This document shows positions 10,206 through 19,692 of a stretch of DNA of 64,000 bases, in pieces; the first letter of the stretch is position 1, and the number at the start of each line of letters is the position of its first letter. The position numbers and the translations under genes are program-made. Source of the stretch: a virus (Duplodnaviria; Caudoviricetes); IMG/VR virus record IMGVR_UViG_3300032280_000753, positions 32,001 to 96,000 of that record; one strand, 5' to 3'. The notes beneath the pieces are model-generated. The model saw only the letters and a list, made by a program, of their open reading frames with translations, was not told where the DNA came from and searched no databases.

Positions 10206-13200
10206 TCAGCCGAATTGAACGCCTGCTCTGGTGATAATAAAGTCAACTGCGATAAACTCAACTGCCTTAACTGGTAGTAAGTAAATCTTAGCATTCATTC
10301 TATTGTTCTCACGATCAAGTTCTGTGTTATTAGTTGCATCACATACAACCTTGAACTGTCTCAAACCACCTCTGGATTGGACCAAAGCTAATACTGGAGA
10401 AACTTTAGCAACGAAATCTTGATAAAGAGCTGGGGTTAGTTGCTCCCAGATTAATCTATTTCCAATATCGATAACTTGACGTTGAACATCCATAACCATG
10501 CGCTGAACGTTAATGCTCTCAAGAGAAGACTTCTCAGCATTAAGCGTCTTTTGTGCAAAGATTACGTAACCTTCATTTGGGAACTTGACGATTGGATTAA
10601 TTCTTACTTGATATAGCTTCTCACGTTCATTCTGATTTACTCTTGTTCTTGTAAGAGATACGAAGTTGAGTGCAGCACGGTTAAATCCGGCTGGAGCGAA
10701 CCATGGATAAGCGACCTTATCATTATAAGCAATTGCAGCAAGAGAAGCAACAGAAGATGGAACCGTAATTCTTTTCCCGCTTGCTGGATCTGTCATGACA
10801 ACATCTGGGAAATATGCGGCAACGAAATCATTGTTTATTGCACGGCTGTCAAATTGATCTGCCGTATTTTGAACGTTAATGTAACTTCCAGTTCCAGTTG
10901 TTGTTCCATCAAATATTCTATCACCATCAGAGTTGTAATTTGGAATATCCATAGAATATAGAGCTAAACCAAATCCAGCAGCGGCATCAGAAGCATAATC
11001 AGTTACAAATGGTTCACGTTGACCTGGGATTGCCAATAGATTTATATTTGAAGCAATTGGATCTGTAATAATAGTTGTAGCTACTTTGTAAGAATATATT
11101 TGGTTATTTGCAAATCCAACTCCATTTTGATTGAAATTAAATCCTGGGCTATCATAATTCGCATTTGCACCGCCATAACCGCCAATGCCATTTTCTGTTG
11201 AAGTAGAACGATCATCAAAATTTTGTGCGTGTGGGTCAAGAAGATTTACACCGTCAAATCCACCATACATGAATACTGTGTATTTGGCAAAGTTATTAAA
11301 TCTATTGAATTGGATTGGTTGCGTGCCGCTATGAACAAGACTTGCAAAAGTAAGTTGACTGCCAGAAACACAACTTCCGGTTACTGTATAGTCAGAAGGA
11401 TTAACTACTCCATTACGAACATATACAGCATTCTTCATTTGAGTTCCAACAGATGATGTAAGGAATGCAAATCCAGTTGTTCCAAGAGCTACTCTTGCAA
11501 GAGTAAACTTATTATCATTAAAATCGTCCGTTGAAGAACCGGTCACAAGAACGTCAAGCTTTTCAATGCCAGCAAATCTTGTGAAGGATGGAATGATGTT
11601 GTTAAGCTCACCGTTAATATTAGTATTAAGAACGTTATTGTTGTTACGTTCAAACTTAACGCCCCAATATAGTCTTCCATCTGTAATCTCTTGTGCCCCT
11701 GGTAGAGTTACAAGACCACTTCCAGTAACAGCGCCTCGTGTTACTCTGAAACGGTATGGGATTGGTGGAACTATTGCACCATTAAGACCAAACGTATTAG
11801 CAGAACCGCTTCCTGCAAGACGAATGTCTGTTGCCGTTGAAGAACTTACATCTGTTAATAATGGATTTGTATTTAATAGTTGCGGACCTCGGAAACCGAA
11901 TGGTAGCACGGTTCCAGGAACCATCTTTTGTTCTACCATCTCATTCATAACTACACGAATGTAGTTTGACATATTTGGATATTTGCCAGAACGAATGATG
12001 CGTCGATCATTTGGATCTTCTACGTCAAAGTTATAATATGCCTTTGCATCGCCAATAACTTTGGCGATATATTTGTCACTTTCTGGATCAAGGGTAAGAT
12101 CATTGAATTGCTCAATAACAGCTTGATTATAATCCGTATCTCCAAATTGACGAACCGTTAATGTGAATGAACCATATGGATTTGTTGGATTGGTAGAGGC
12201 AATAATATTTTGAATAGAGATTTTAATCTTATCGTTAGAGTAAACGCCATCATCAATGGCTTCAATGTGGAATAGATTATATTCTGTTGAACCATATGGT
12301 TGAGAAATGAAGCTTGGTGTTTTTGGCGTTTTAAAACGTGTGTCAAAACGTCCAAAGAGCTCAATGAATCGAGTTGAAGACAAACCTGATGTAGCAGAAG
12401 TATTGCCAGAACCAGAAGCGATTAGAACGCCAGATACCGTATTTTGAATGACTGTTGCAACTTCATCGTCTACTGCAAAATCTGCATAAACATAATGTTG
12501 TTCTTGTTCAAACTTTGCTGGATCTGTGTTAAGAAGCTTTGCAAAGTAGAGATCGGATGTTGGATTGAAGGAAGCAGATAGAATTCTAATCCCGGCTAAT
12601 CCATCTGCGCTTCCAAAGGTTGAACCAAGAGAAGTAGAGATTACAATCTTGAAATATGGTTCTTCACTGTCTGCTGGAGTAGAATAAACGGCAACGTCAT
12701 CAAGAAGTGGGTTAAACGTTTCGCCAGAACCAGACATGATCATAATCCGGGAACCAGATGCTGCAAATATTACACCACGAATAAGATTAACAAATCCAGA
12801 ACCATCGGCGGCGTCGGCAAAGCTATCATTATCAGTAAACATTGGGAAACCAATGCCTTGATTTGCTTGTAGTTGATGGCGTGCTGCCAAGAACTGCACC
12901 GCACCATGCGCCCGAGCACCTGTATTTGTTGCAACCGTGCCGCTTAATTTAAATCCGGCGCTTTTAACAATGCCAGCCGTATCTGTTGCAGATATATCAG
13001 CAGCAGTTACATTTGCGCCAGCTCCCAATACTCTTACGAATGTAAGCGCATTCCGGTTTTGTAAAAATTTATCTGCCGCATATGGGGCTGGTAACTTTGG
13101 ATCATAGCCACCAAACTTCGTTACGAAATCATTAAATGATCCAAGTGTGTATGGAACGAACGCCGGTCCTTTTTGGACTGCGCCAATTAAACCTGCTGGT

Positions 13201-13283
13201 ATACCAACAGGTCCGGCGGTTCGTGCGGTTAGATCGATTTCACGATCAAAAAAGCCTGGGAAATTAAAAAGTTGTTGCGGCAT
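10206..13283 (-). CDS. Tail sheath protein (T4 gp18-like), copy A
   Basis: FPGFFDREIDLT; PWFAPAGFNR...INPI...AQKT...INVQR. Confidence 0.95.
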   Translation of the reverse strand: MPQQLFNFPGFFDREIDLTARTAGPVGIPAGLIGAVQKGPAFVPYTLGSFNDFVTKFGGYDPKLPAPYAADKFLQNRNALTFVRVLGAGANVTAADISATDTAGIVKSAGFKLSGTVATNTGARAHGAVQFLAARHQLQANQGIGFPMFTDNDSFADAADGSGFVNLIRGVIFAASGSRIMIMSGSGETFNPLLDDVAVYSTPADSEEPYFKIVISTSLGSTFGSADGLAGIRILSASFNPTSDLYFAKLLNTDPAKFEQEQHYVYADFAVDDEVATVIQNTVSGVLIASGSGNTSATSGLSSTRFIELFGRFDTRFKTPKTPSFISQPYGSTEYNLFHIEAIDDGVYSNDKIKISIQNIIASTNPTNPYGSFTLTVRQFGDTDYNQAVIEQFNDLTLDPESDKYIAKVIGDAKAYYNFDVEDPNDRRIIRSGKYPNMSNYIRVVMNEMVEQKMVPGTVLPFGFRGPQLLNTNPLLTDVSSSTATDIRLAGSGSANTFGLNGAIVPPIPYRFRVTRGAVTGSGLVTLPGAQEITDGRLYWGVKFERNNNNVLNTNINGELNNIIPSFTRFAGIEKLDVLVTGSSTDDFNDNKFTLARVALGTTGFAFLTSSVGTQMKNAVYVRNGVVNPSDYTVTGSCVSGSQLTFASLVHSGTQPIQFNRFNNFAKYTVFMYGGFDGVNLLDPHAQNFDDRSTSTENGIGGYGGANANYDSPGFNFNQNGVGFANNQIYSYKVATTIITDPIASNINLLAIPGQREPFVTDYASDAAAGFGLALYSMDIPNYNSDGDRIFDGTTTGTGSYINVQNTADQFDSRAINNDFVAAYFPDVVMTDPASGKRITVPSSVASLAAIAYNDKVAYPWFAPAGFNRAALNFVSLTRTRVNQNEREKLYQVRINPIVKFPNEGYVIFAQKTLNAEKSSLESINVQRMVMDVQRQVIDIGNRLIWEQLTPALYQDFVAKVSPVLALVQSRGGLRQFKVVCDATNNTELDRENNRMNAKIYLLPVKAVEFIAVDFIITRAGVQFG

Positions 13284-13366
13284 TGATTTTATCCTTCTTA
13301 TCTTAGATACGAGCTTTTTGCCTTTTTCTTTTTCTAATTAGGGGCATCTGCTCTACTATTTCCTGT

Positions 13367-14599
13367 TTATTTGGATGATATTAAATATTCTTCCAAGGTT
13401 TCAATATCTGAGGCGGCGAAAACAGTCTCCCCCTTCTTTTGATTGGTATCTAAGATAGATACGTATTTCTTTCTTTTCTTTCCTGTTGATGCATCAAATA
13501 TTGTTTTATTGACCATAAACTTCTGTTTTGTTGTAGGAGTTTGTTTTGTTACGGGGTCCATATCGATATCTGTTAATGTAAAACCGTCATTAGGAGTATC
13601 TTTGATTGGAGGTCTTTCCAAAACGTCTTTTGGTTGTATATCTCCAGCAATACTCATATCAAATACGATGTTTGGACAACTAATCCAACGTCTTACAGGA
13701 ACAGCATTTGTAGGCGCTTGAGCAGCCAATAAATAACCTTTAACGTTAATATTAAAGGTATATTTTATAAGACGCTCCTCACCTTCAAACTGATCGATGT
13801 TTTCTCCATTGGAGAAACTGTCTTCTGTGTATGCAAGAAACCAATAACCTTTATCGGTTTCTAATTTATGCCCTCTAAACTGTGGAAGAAAAGAGGTCAT
13901 ATATGTTTGAATAAGATATGTCATGTGTTGGGTATAATTCGTCCAAAACACAACTTCATACTTCGCAGTAAAAAACTGTGGCTGCGGAATTGTTATTATC
14001 TCATATATGTTATTTGCAGATAGTCTATTTTGTAACAATCCACCTTGAACAACTTCCAATTCATTTTTATCATCGCCGGTAGGTCTATTAGAAGTTGGTA
14101 ATCTAGAAAGAACGCTTTGTAAGTTCTTTAATCCTTGTTTGTTAACAAGGTTTTGATAATCTCTATCTTCTGGAGCTAATTTTCTTTTTATTGTTATAAC
14201 CCCGGTATATTGGTTCATGCCTCTACCGGTAATATCATCAGGAGCTTGTTCTATAGCGGTCCTACGAATGGATATAGCTGGAAGAATAAGGACTTTATTT
14301 TTATCTCTTGGTGGTTTAAGACGTTTTGCAAGAGCAAATCTTTCACCGGTAGCAAAGATAACATATGGTTTCTTTACATTTTGCGGACCTTTTGCGGCGC
14401 TCACCATGAAAGTATTAAAACCAATAGTCTTATCAAATAAACGATGAATGGCAAAATCGATATCTTCTATACCAACTGGAGGGATAGTGAAATCTAAGCT
14501 TGGCTGGTTTTCATAACCACTATCAAGATGATCTTTAGGATTTCTTGGGTCTTGTGGTATGTTCTGTCTTGTGACATTCTCTTTTGGGTCAACAGCCAT
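13367..14599 (-). CDS. Probable tail completion/terminator protein (gp15-like)
   Basis: Between neck and sheath genes; IEDID, LPAISIRR, YEVVFWT and VKGYL motifs. Confidence 0.6.
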   Translation of the reverse strand: MAVDPKENVTRQNIPQDPRNPKDHLDSGYENQPSLDFTIPPVGIEDIDFAIHRLFDKTIGFNTFMVSAAKGPQNVKKPYVIFATGERFALAKRLKPPRDKNKVLILPAISIRRTAIEQAPDDITGRGMNQYTGVITIKRKLAPEDRDYQNLVNKQGLKNLQSVLSRLPTSNRPTGDDKNELEVVQGGLLQNRLSANNIYEIITIPQPQFFTAKYEVVFWTNYTQHMTYLIQTYMTSFLPQFRGHKLETDKGYWFLAYTEDSFSNGENIDQFEGEERLIKYTFNINVKGYLLAAQAPTNAVPVRRWISCPNIVFDMSIAGDIQPKDVLERPPIKDTPNDGFTLTDIDMDPVTKQTPTTKQKFMVNKTIFDASTGKKRKKYVSILDTNQKKGETVFAASDIETLEEYLISSK

Positions 14600-14610
14600 A
14601 TATCTAAGTA

Positions 14611-15351
14611 TCAGTCTTCGTTATAGATATCTGTTGGTTCTACGTAAGTTGGACTATTATTATCAAAAGAACTTGCTTCCTCTGGTTTATGTGTAGGATC
14701 TGGATCCGCATCTATATTAATAATACGAGCGCCTTCGTCTAATGCTATTGGAGCCATATCTTCTGCCAATCTATTACGCATCTGACGTTTGTCCAACGTT
14801 TCTCCTTCAATGTTCTCCGTAAGACCACGTTGTTGTTGCCAAACCTTAGTAACATTACTATCAATATACTTAACGCCTTGATCTTTAAGCATTTGTTTAA
14901 AGACGTTAACATCAAATTGACCTTTTCGTGCTACTTTGCCTTCTAACTTATAACCGGTTGTATATTCTACTTGACCGTATATGTTGTTTATAGGCACGAA
15001 AGTAACTAACTCATATAGTTGGTCGCCATAAAGGAAGAAGTCGCCTTCATTAAGGTTATAGCCCTTGTCTAAGAGGTCACGGGCTTGAACAAACAACTCA
15101 AACTTATTGACTTGCTCATTACCAAATTGGTTCCATTTAGTTTCCCAGTTGGGTTGTCCAGCCATAACATCTAAACGAATTGGATTTTCAAATATCTTCT
15201 CAATTGCTTCTTCATATATTGGATGAATTTGGGTCTTCATCGTAGAAATAGGATAATAAATTATCTGTTGCCCAATTACGTCTTTTACCAATTCCTTGGT
15301 AATGTCATTGATAAACTGGATCTCTCGGCTTGTTATGAATAACCTTGACAT
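14611..15351 (-). CDS. Probable neck/head-closure protein (gp14-like)
   Basis: Synteny; GQQIIYY...IYEE...EGDF. Confidence 0.65.
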   Translation of the reverse strand: MSRLFITSREIQFINDITKELVKDVIGQQIIYYPISTMKTQIHPIYEEAIEKIFENPIRLDVMAGQPNWETKWNQFGNEQVNKFELFVQARDLLDKGYNLNEGDFFLYGDQLYELVTFVPINNIYGQVEYTTGYKLEGKVARKGQFDVNVFKQMLKDQGVKYIDSNVTKVWQQQRGLTENIEGETLDKRQMRNRLAEDMAPIALDEGARIINIDADPDPTHKPEEASSFDNNSPTYVEPTDIYNED

Positions 15352-15388
15352 ATAGATAAATAGGGCAACCTGACATTATAATGTAATT

Positions 15389-16468
15389 TCAAACAGTTCT
15401 TGCAGCCGGATTTGATTGAGCTTTCTTATATCTATCAACAAATACGTTATATAACTCAAATAATCTTTTCATTGTATTTTCAACTTCGGCAGTATCATAA
15501 CGATGTTTAAAGTCATCTGGATTTATATTTGTTAATCCAAGAGATTTTGAATATTCAGTTCTTATCTTTTTTGCCATCTTTGCTGGATTGGATATAATCT
15601 TTCCTTTGGTTACATATTTCGAAATTTCAGCAATCATAGTAACGCCCAGCTCTTCTTCATCTTCAAATGATTGATTGTATTTTATAGGCGGCAATGGAGC
15701 ACGAAAAGGAACATCTGCTTGACTGTAATCAACGAAATTAAAAGGTTTTTTAAATTTTTCATAACCAACATAATATCTTTTACTAAGTCTGCCTGGTGAA
15801 AAATCGTCACCTAAAACCGCCCAATACGTATCCTTACCTAAATTCTTAATATCAAAATCAAATTTACTACTAACATTTTTTTCTTTTTTGTCAGCAAATA
15901 TATCCATAAACCATTTTATATAATCGGATTGGTCCATATTAAAAGGTTTTGTAAAAACTTCTTGCGGCGGATTAAATTTAAATGCTCTTAAAAAAGCATC
16001 ATTATAAAGCTTTATAGCATCTTTATCAAGCCGTGTTCTATTAAATTCTGTAGGAGTTGTAGTATATTGACCACTTTTCTCTATAGACTGTTTTCTTTTG
16101 CCAAATTTTTTAGCTAAATGTCCGGTAAAAGCATGAATAAGATCATGAGTTTCGTCATTGCCAATCATTTCAGGTTTTTTTAAATTCGGATTAAGATAAA
16201 GCTTGAAACTATTACGATCAGATTGAAAACTTACCCCAGCTTTTCTTTCTGTATCTGTTGCCATTGGAGCAGATTGTAGTTTTTGACCAGCATCTATTAT
16301 GTCGATTGGAATAGCTCCAGGTAACGCACCGCCCTCATATATCAATCTATTCATCGCTTGGGCTAAAGAATAAACCCCGATCATTGCAGGAGATAATTTT
16401 TGGATATCAATATCTTCTTCCAATTGCTCTTTGATTATAAGACGTATATATTCTTTTAATAGGTTCAC
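15389..16468 (-). CDS. Hypothetical protein with N-terminal leader
   Basis: GTG start, MNLLKEYIRLIIKEQLEE; HDLIH resembles a degenerate HExxH. Confidence 0.65.
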   Translation of the reverse strand: MNLLKEYIRLIIKEQLEEDIDIQKLSPAMIGVYSLAQAMNRLIYEGGALPGAIPIDIIDAGQKLQSAPMATDTERKAGVSFQSDRNSFKLYLNPNLKKPEMIGNDETHDLIHAFTGHLAKKFGKRKQSIEKSGQYTTTPTEFNRTRLDKDAIKLYNDAFLRAFKFNPPQEVFTKPFNMDQSDYIKWFMDIFADKKEKNVSSKFDFDIKNLGKDTYWAVLGDDFSPGRLSKRYYVGYEKFKKPFNFVDYSQADVPFRAPLPPIKYNQSFEDEEELGVTMIAEISKYVTKGKIISNPAKMAKKIRTEYSKSLGLTNINPDDFKHRYDTAEVENTMKRLFELYNVFVDRYKKAQSNPAARTV

Positions 16469-16551
16469 AGCTTCACCTTTCTAATTGGTAGCGTTCCACT
16501 TATCATTATATATAGTATATATAGATGGATCAGAGGGGGCGTTTTGACTAC

Positions 16552-17823
16552 TCATCCCGTAAATAATGTATATTTTGGGGGGAAAGGCATATGTTGCAAT
16601 AGTTTCATATTATTTTCTGCTCTATTTGCTTCAAGCTCTGCAAGTTTATCGTAGGTCAAGGCATCAAGTTTAGTTATAATGCCCGTATCACCAACCAATA
16701 AGTCTTTTTTATCTTCTCTTCCTTGAGCAAGTAGTTCATCACCGTTAAGAGTTAATTCTGCTCCTGGGATTGGGATTGTCTTCATCTTGGTTCTAACAAG
16801 TCCAAGAAGTTCTTTGGCAACCGCCAAAGTATAAAGAATAATCCAATTTCTACTCCATGGGTTGAGAGAAGAATACGTTATAAAGCCCGCAGGAATGTTT
16901 CCTGGGTTACTGACACCGAATAACACGGAGGACGGTGTAGCAGGATCCTGGAGGCTTCCAGACGCCTCTAATGAGCCGCTGAAGTATGTGCCAGCAATCC
17001 CTGGAACAGCCGAGGGTGGAAAGCCAACTCTTAACCACAATTTATCATTAAAGAATGGAATAAGATTATTTGGAGTTGGGAATATTCGGATACCAGTTCC
17101 AGATATTTTATAAGTATAATGAGAACGTCTTACACGAGAAGCCATATCTAACATTCCAGCTCTCAATACGTCTTCAAACAAGGGAAGAACGTAGAATCGT
17201 GTATCTGGAACGTAGCTTTCTACTGGAAGACCTGAAGCAACGAAATTAGATGCAAGATTGCTATTAAATACATATTGAATTGGAGCATAATGATATACTT
17301 CAAATATTTTCATTCTACCACGAACATCAAGGGAGCCGGTGCCCATATAAGCAGCAAGACGATTGCCTGCTTCATCTTTTAATTCTTCATATATATCATA
17401 ATCTTGACGACCTAATTCCAATTTAATAGAACCAGAATAACTTTGAAGAGATTGACCGTATCCAACTTCTGAAGCATATGGCTCTGCTTGTCTTATGATG
17501 AATTCAAAGTTTGGTTGAACGTAGTTATTAATTAAATTGAGGTTATATTTGCCAGTAGCAGGGTCAATACTTCCGGTAGGGGTTCCAAGAAGAGAAGATA
17601 AATTTGATTTGGCTTGATATTCAATCATGACTGCGTTAAAGTAAAGGGTAGCCTCTTCAAAACAAGCCCAAATCATTTTCTTTGTCAATTCAACGCTTAA
17701 TACGTCTTCTCCAAGCTTTCTTAAAACGAATGTAACGACTTTATCTGCATCATTTTGAAATGCCGTATCACTATCAAAAAATCCAAATGGACACGGGTTC
17801 ATTGTTGTATTAAATGTTGACAT
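16552..17823 (-). CDS. Neck protein / head-tail adaptor (gp13-like)
   Basis: RKLGEDVLSVEL...YTLAVAKELLGLVRTK...IPGAELTLNGDEL. Likely start ATG 17823, 5 nt after TAATTA. Confidence 0.8.
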   Translation of the reverse strand: MSTFNTTMNPCPFGFFDSDTAFQNDADKVVTFVLRKLGEDVLSVELTKKMIWACFEEATLYFNAVMIEYQAKSNLSSLLGTPTGSIDPATGKYNLNLINNYVQPNFEFIIRQAEPYASEVGYGQSLQSYSGSIKLELGRQDYDIYEELKDEAGNRLAAYMGTGSLDVRGRMKIFEVYHYAPIQYVFNSNLASNFVASGLPVESYVPDTRFYVLPLFEDVLRAGMLDMASRVRRSHYTYKISGTGIRIFPTPNNLIPFFNDKLWLRVGFPPSAVPGIAGTYFSGSLEASGSLQDPATPSSVLFGVSNPGNIPAGFITYSSLNPWSRNWIILYTLAVAKELLGLVRTKMKTIPIPGAELTLNGDELLAQGREDKKDLLVGDTGIITKLDALTYDKLAELEANRAENNMKLLQHMPFPPKYTLFTG

Positions 17824-17844
17824 ATTACTAATTAGTATGAGATT

Positions 17845-18396
17845 ATGAGCAATCAACTATTAAAAACTTATATACATGAAATCATCAAAGAAACGTTGCA
17901 AGCTGGAAAGAAATTACGTATATTCGATCTTGATGATACTCTTGTAAAAACAAATAGCAAAGTTCATATTAAAAAAGCTTCGGGTGAGCTGTTAGATTTA
18001 AATCCAGCAGAATATGCGGTATATGAAAAAGAACCCGGCGATGAATTTGATTATTCCGACTTTCAAGGATTAAAAGATCCTAAAGCTATACGTTGGACAA
18101 CAAAAATATTAAAGCTTGTTATTGCAAAACATGGAACTGACAGCGCAGTTATTCTTACCGCACGTGGAAGTGAAGAACCAGCTCGGGAATTCTTTCGTTT
18201 AAACGATATCCCAGAAATTCCTGTTGTTGCCCTCGGCAATAGCGATCCGGAAATGAAAGCTCAATGGATTAAGATGGTAGCTATGAAGTTTGGATATAAA
18301 GAGATTGAGTTCTTTGATGATAGCACAAAAAACATAGCCGCAGTTCAAAGATTAAAAGTTCCTGGCGTTAAAATAATTGCAAGAAAAGTCGGTTAA
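17845..18396 (+). CDS. HAD-superfamily phosphatase (PNKP/RNA-repair 3'-phosphatase-like) with N-terminal leader
   Basis: Motif I FDLDDT, motif II LTAR, motif III K, motif IV FFDDS. Confidence 0.8.
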   Translation: MSNQLLKTYIHEIIKETLQAGKKLRIFDLDDTLVKTNSKVHIKKASGELLDLNPAEYAVYEKEPGDEFDYSDFQGLKDPKAIRWTTKILKLVIAKHGTDSAVILTARGSEEPAREFFRLNDIPEIPVVALGNSDPEMKAQWIKMVAMKFGYKEIEFFDDSTKNIAAVQRLKVPGVKIIARKVG

Positions 18397-18782
18397 AATT
18401 CAATTTTAGATCCGGATGCAATTCCATTACTCTCACACCAACCCGCCTTTAATTCTAAAACATAACGACACGGAAGCTTGATCTTACAAGTTCTCTCGTC
18501 ATTAGCTAACAGTCTATGAATTCCCAATACACGACCTCCATCACTTAAAGGCACAAGATCCAAATCAAAAGGAACGTTCCGCATCCAAAAACCTAATTCT
18601 TTTGGCTCGGGATAAACGAAAAAAAGCCCAAAGCCATCATCCGGCTCGGGCTCAAACATAAATCCTTTTTCCTGCTCTTCTGGAGTTGTTAACATACGTA
18701 GTCTTAAAGGAATTCCTCCTAACGTGGCTTCACAGTTGGATCGTTGTTTCCATATGGAAAATATATCTCGCATTGTTTGCAT
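18393..18782 (-). CDS. DUF192-family protein
   Basis: EQEKGFMF...FWMRNVPFDLD...YVLELKAG. Confidence 0.85.
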   Translation of the reverse strand: MQTMRDIFSIWKQRSNCEATLGGIPLRLRMLTTPEEQEKGFMFEPEPDDGFGLFFVYPEPKELGFWMRNVPFDLDLVPLSDGGRVLGIHRLLANDERTCKIKLPCRYVLELKAGWCESNGIASGSKIEF

Positions 18783-18794
18783 ACGGGATAAATA

Positions 18795-19046
18795 TTAAAG
18801 CGGTTCCAAATACGTATACGATATATTAATCAGCTTTTCATTGATCAATACGTCGAAAGAATTCTTATCCCATTCTCCTACGATAATCCCAATGCTATTA
18901 ATAGGCATCCAATCCCAACGCAATTGCCTTGTTTCTTGCCCATATCCATCAATGATATATACACGCACGTCAGGCATATCATCAAGCACAGCATTAACGT
19001 TAATGTGCTTTAAACGAACAAGCTGTCCAACTTTAAATTTAGACAT
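18795..19046 (-). CDS. Small hypothetical protein (SH3/KOW-like)
   Basis: MSKFKVGQLV start overlaps the upstream stop codon. Confidence 0.55.
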   Translation of the reverse strand: MSKFKVGQLVRLKHINVNAVLDDMPDVRVYIIDGYGQETRQLRWDWMPINSIGIIVGEWDKNSFDVLINEKLINISYTYLEPL

Positions 19047-19221
19047 CTTCCTCGTTAACAAGTTCCCAATCCGTGTTAAAATGATCGACGTTTTTATCAT
19101 ATGAAGAAGCAATCATATAAGTTGCATAATCTACCAACTCCTCATATGACATTCGGTTAACGATAAGTTCTGCAAGCGCCGTGCGGTTCTTCTCCGTATA
19201 TAGCGGTCTAATATTACTCAT
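19039..19221 (-). CDS. Small hypothetical protein
   Basis: MSNIRPLY...; ATGA overlap with the upstream gene. Confidence 0.55.
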   Translation of the reverse strand: MSNIRPLYTEKNRTALAELIVNRMSYEELVDYATYMIASSYDKNVDHFNTDWELVNEEDV

Positions 19222-19379
19222 AGATATACAACCAAAATAAGCAAAGCCATTAGAACAACAAAAGTGGCAAGAGGCCAAACAAACTCAAGCATAAACTCCG
19301 AAAGAATGTCTCCACCCTGGTCGGGACGAAGGTCACGCTGAATATCCCCAATACGACGATTACGACGATCACGAACCAT
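19218..19379 (-). CDS. Small membrane protein
   Basis: GGAGG SD, MVRDRRNRR..., C-terminal hydrophobic helix. Confidence 0.55.
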   Translation of the reverse strand: MVRDRRNRRIGDIQRDLRPDQGGDILSEFMLEFVWPLATFVVLMALLILVVYL

Positions 19380-19381
19380 GT

Positions 19382-19636
19382 TCAACCCTCCACCGAGGAA
19401 AGCGTGGCAGGGACAATTTTCAGTCTTCCATGGAAATCGAAGTTGCCGCAAGTAAGTGCAACGTAAATATCATCATAGCCCTGCGGAAGACCATTCTCGT
19501 CCAGAGGAAACTCACTCACAAAACGCTCGGCATCACGCTCAAGCTCAAAGACCTTAAGGATCTCGCTCGACACGTCACTCACGATCCCTCGCACAATATA
19601 AACGTGCTTCATCAACCGGCTCTTTTCATTCTTCAT
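19382..19636 (-). CDS. Small early hypothetical protein
   Basis: ATG directly after a sigma70-type promoter. Confidence 0.6.
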   Translation of the reverse strand: MKNEKSRLMKHVYIVRGIVSDVSSEILKVFELERDAERFVSEFPLDENGLPQGYDDIYVALTCGNFDFHGRLKIVPATLSSVEG

Positions 19637-19671
19637 ATTATCAGCATAACATTGATTATAAGATATTTCAA
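19637..19671 (-). promoter_or_regulatory. Sigma70-type promoter, leaderless
   Basis: TTGAAA-17-TATGCT (TG extended -10), then 6 nt to ATG. Confidence 0.75.
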
Positions 19672-19692
19672 GGGATTAATTATTGAATAATA

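Noticed and set aside
5858-13283. Bacterial eCIS/tailocin locus (multiple sheath genes)
   Set aside because: Capsid, portal, protease, scaffold and terminase are present, so this is a phage.
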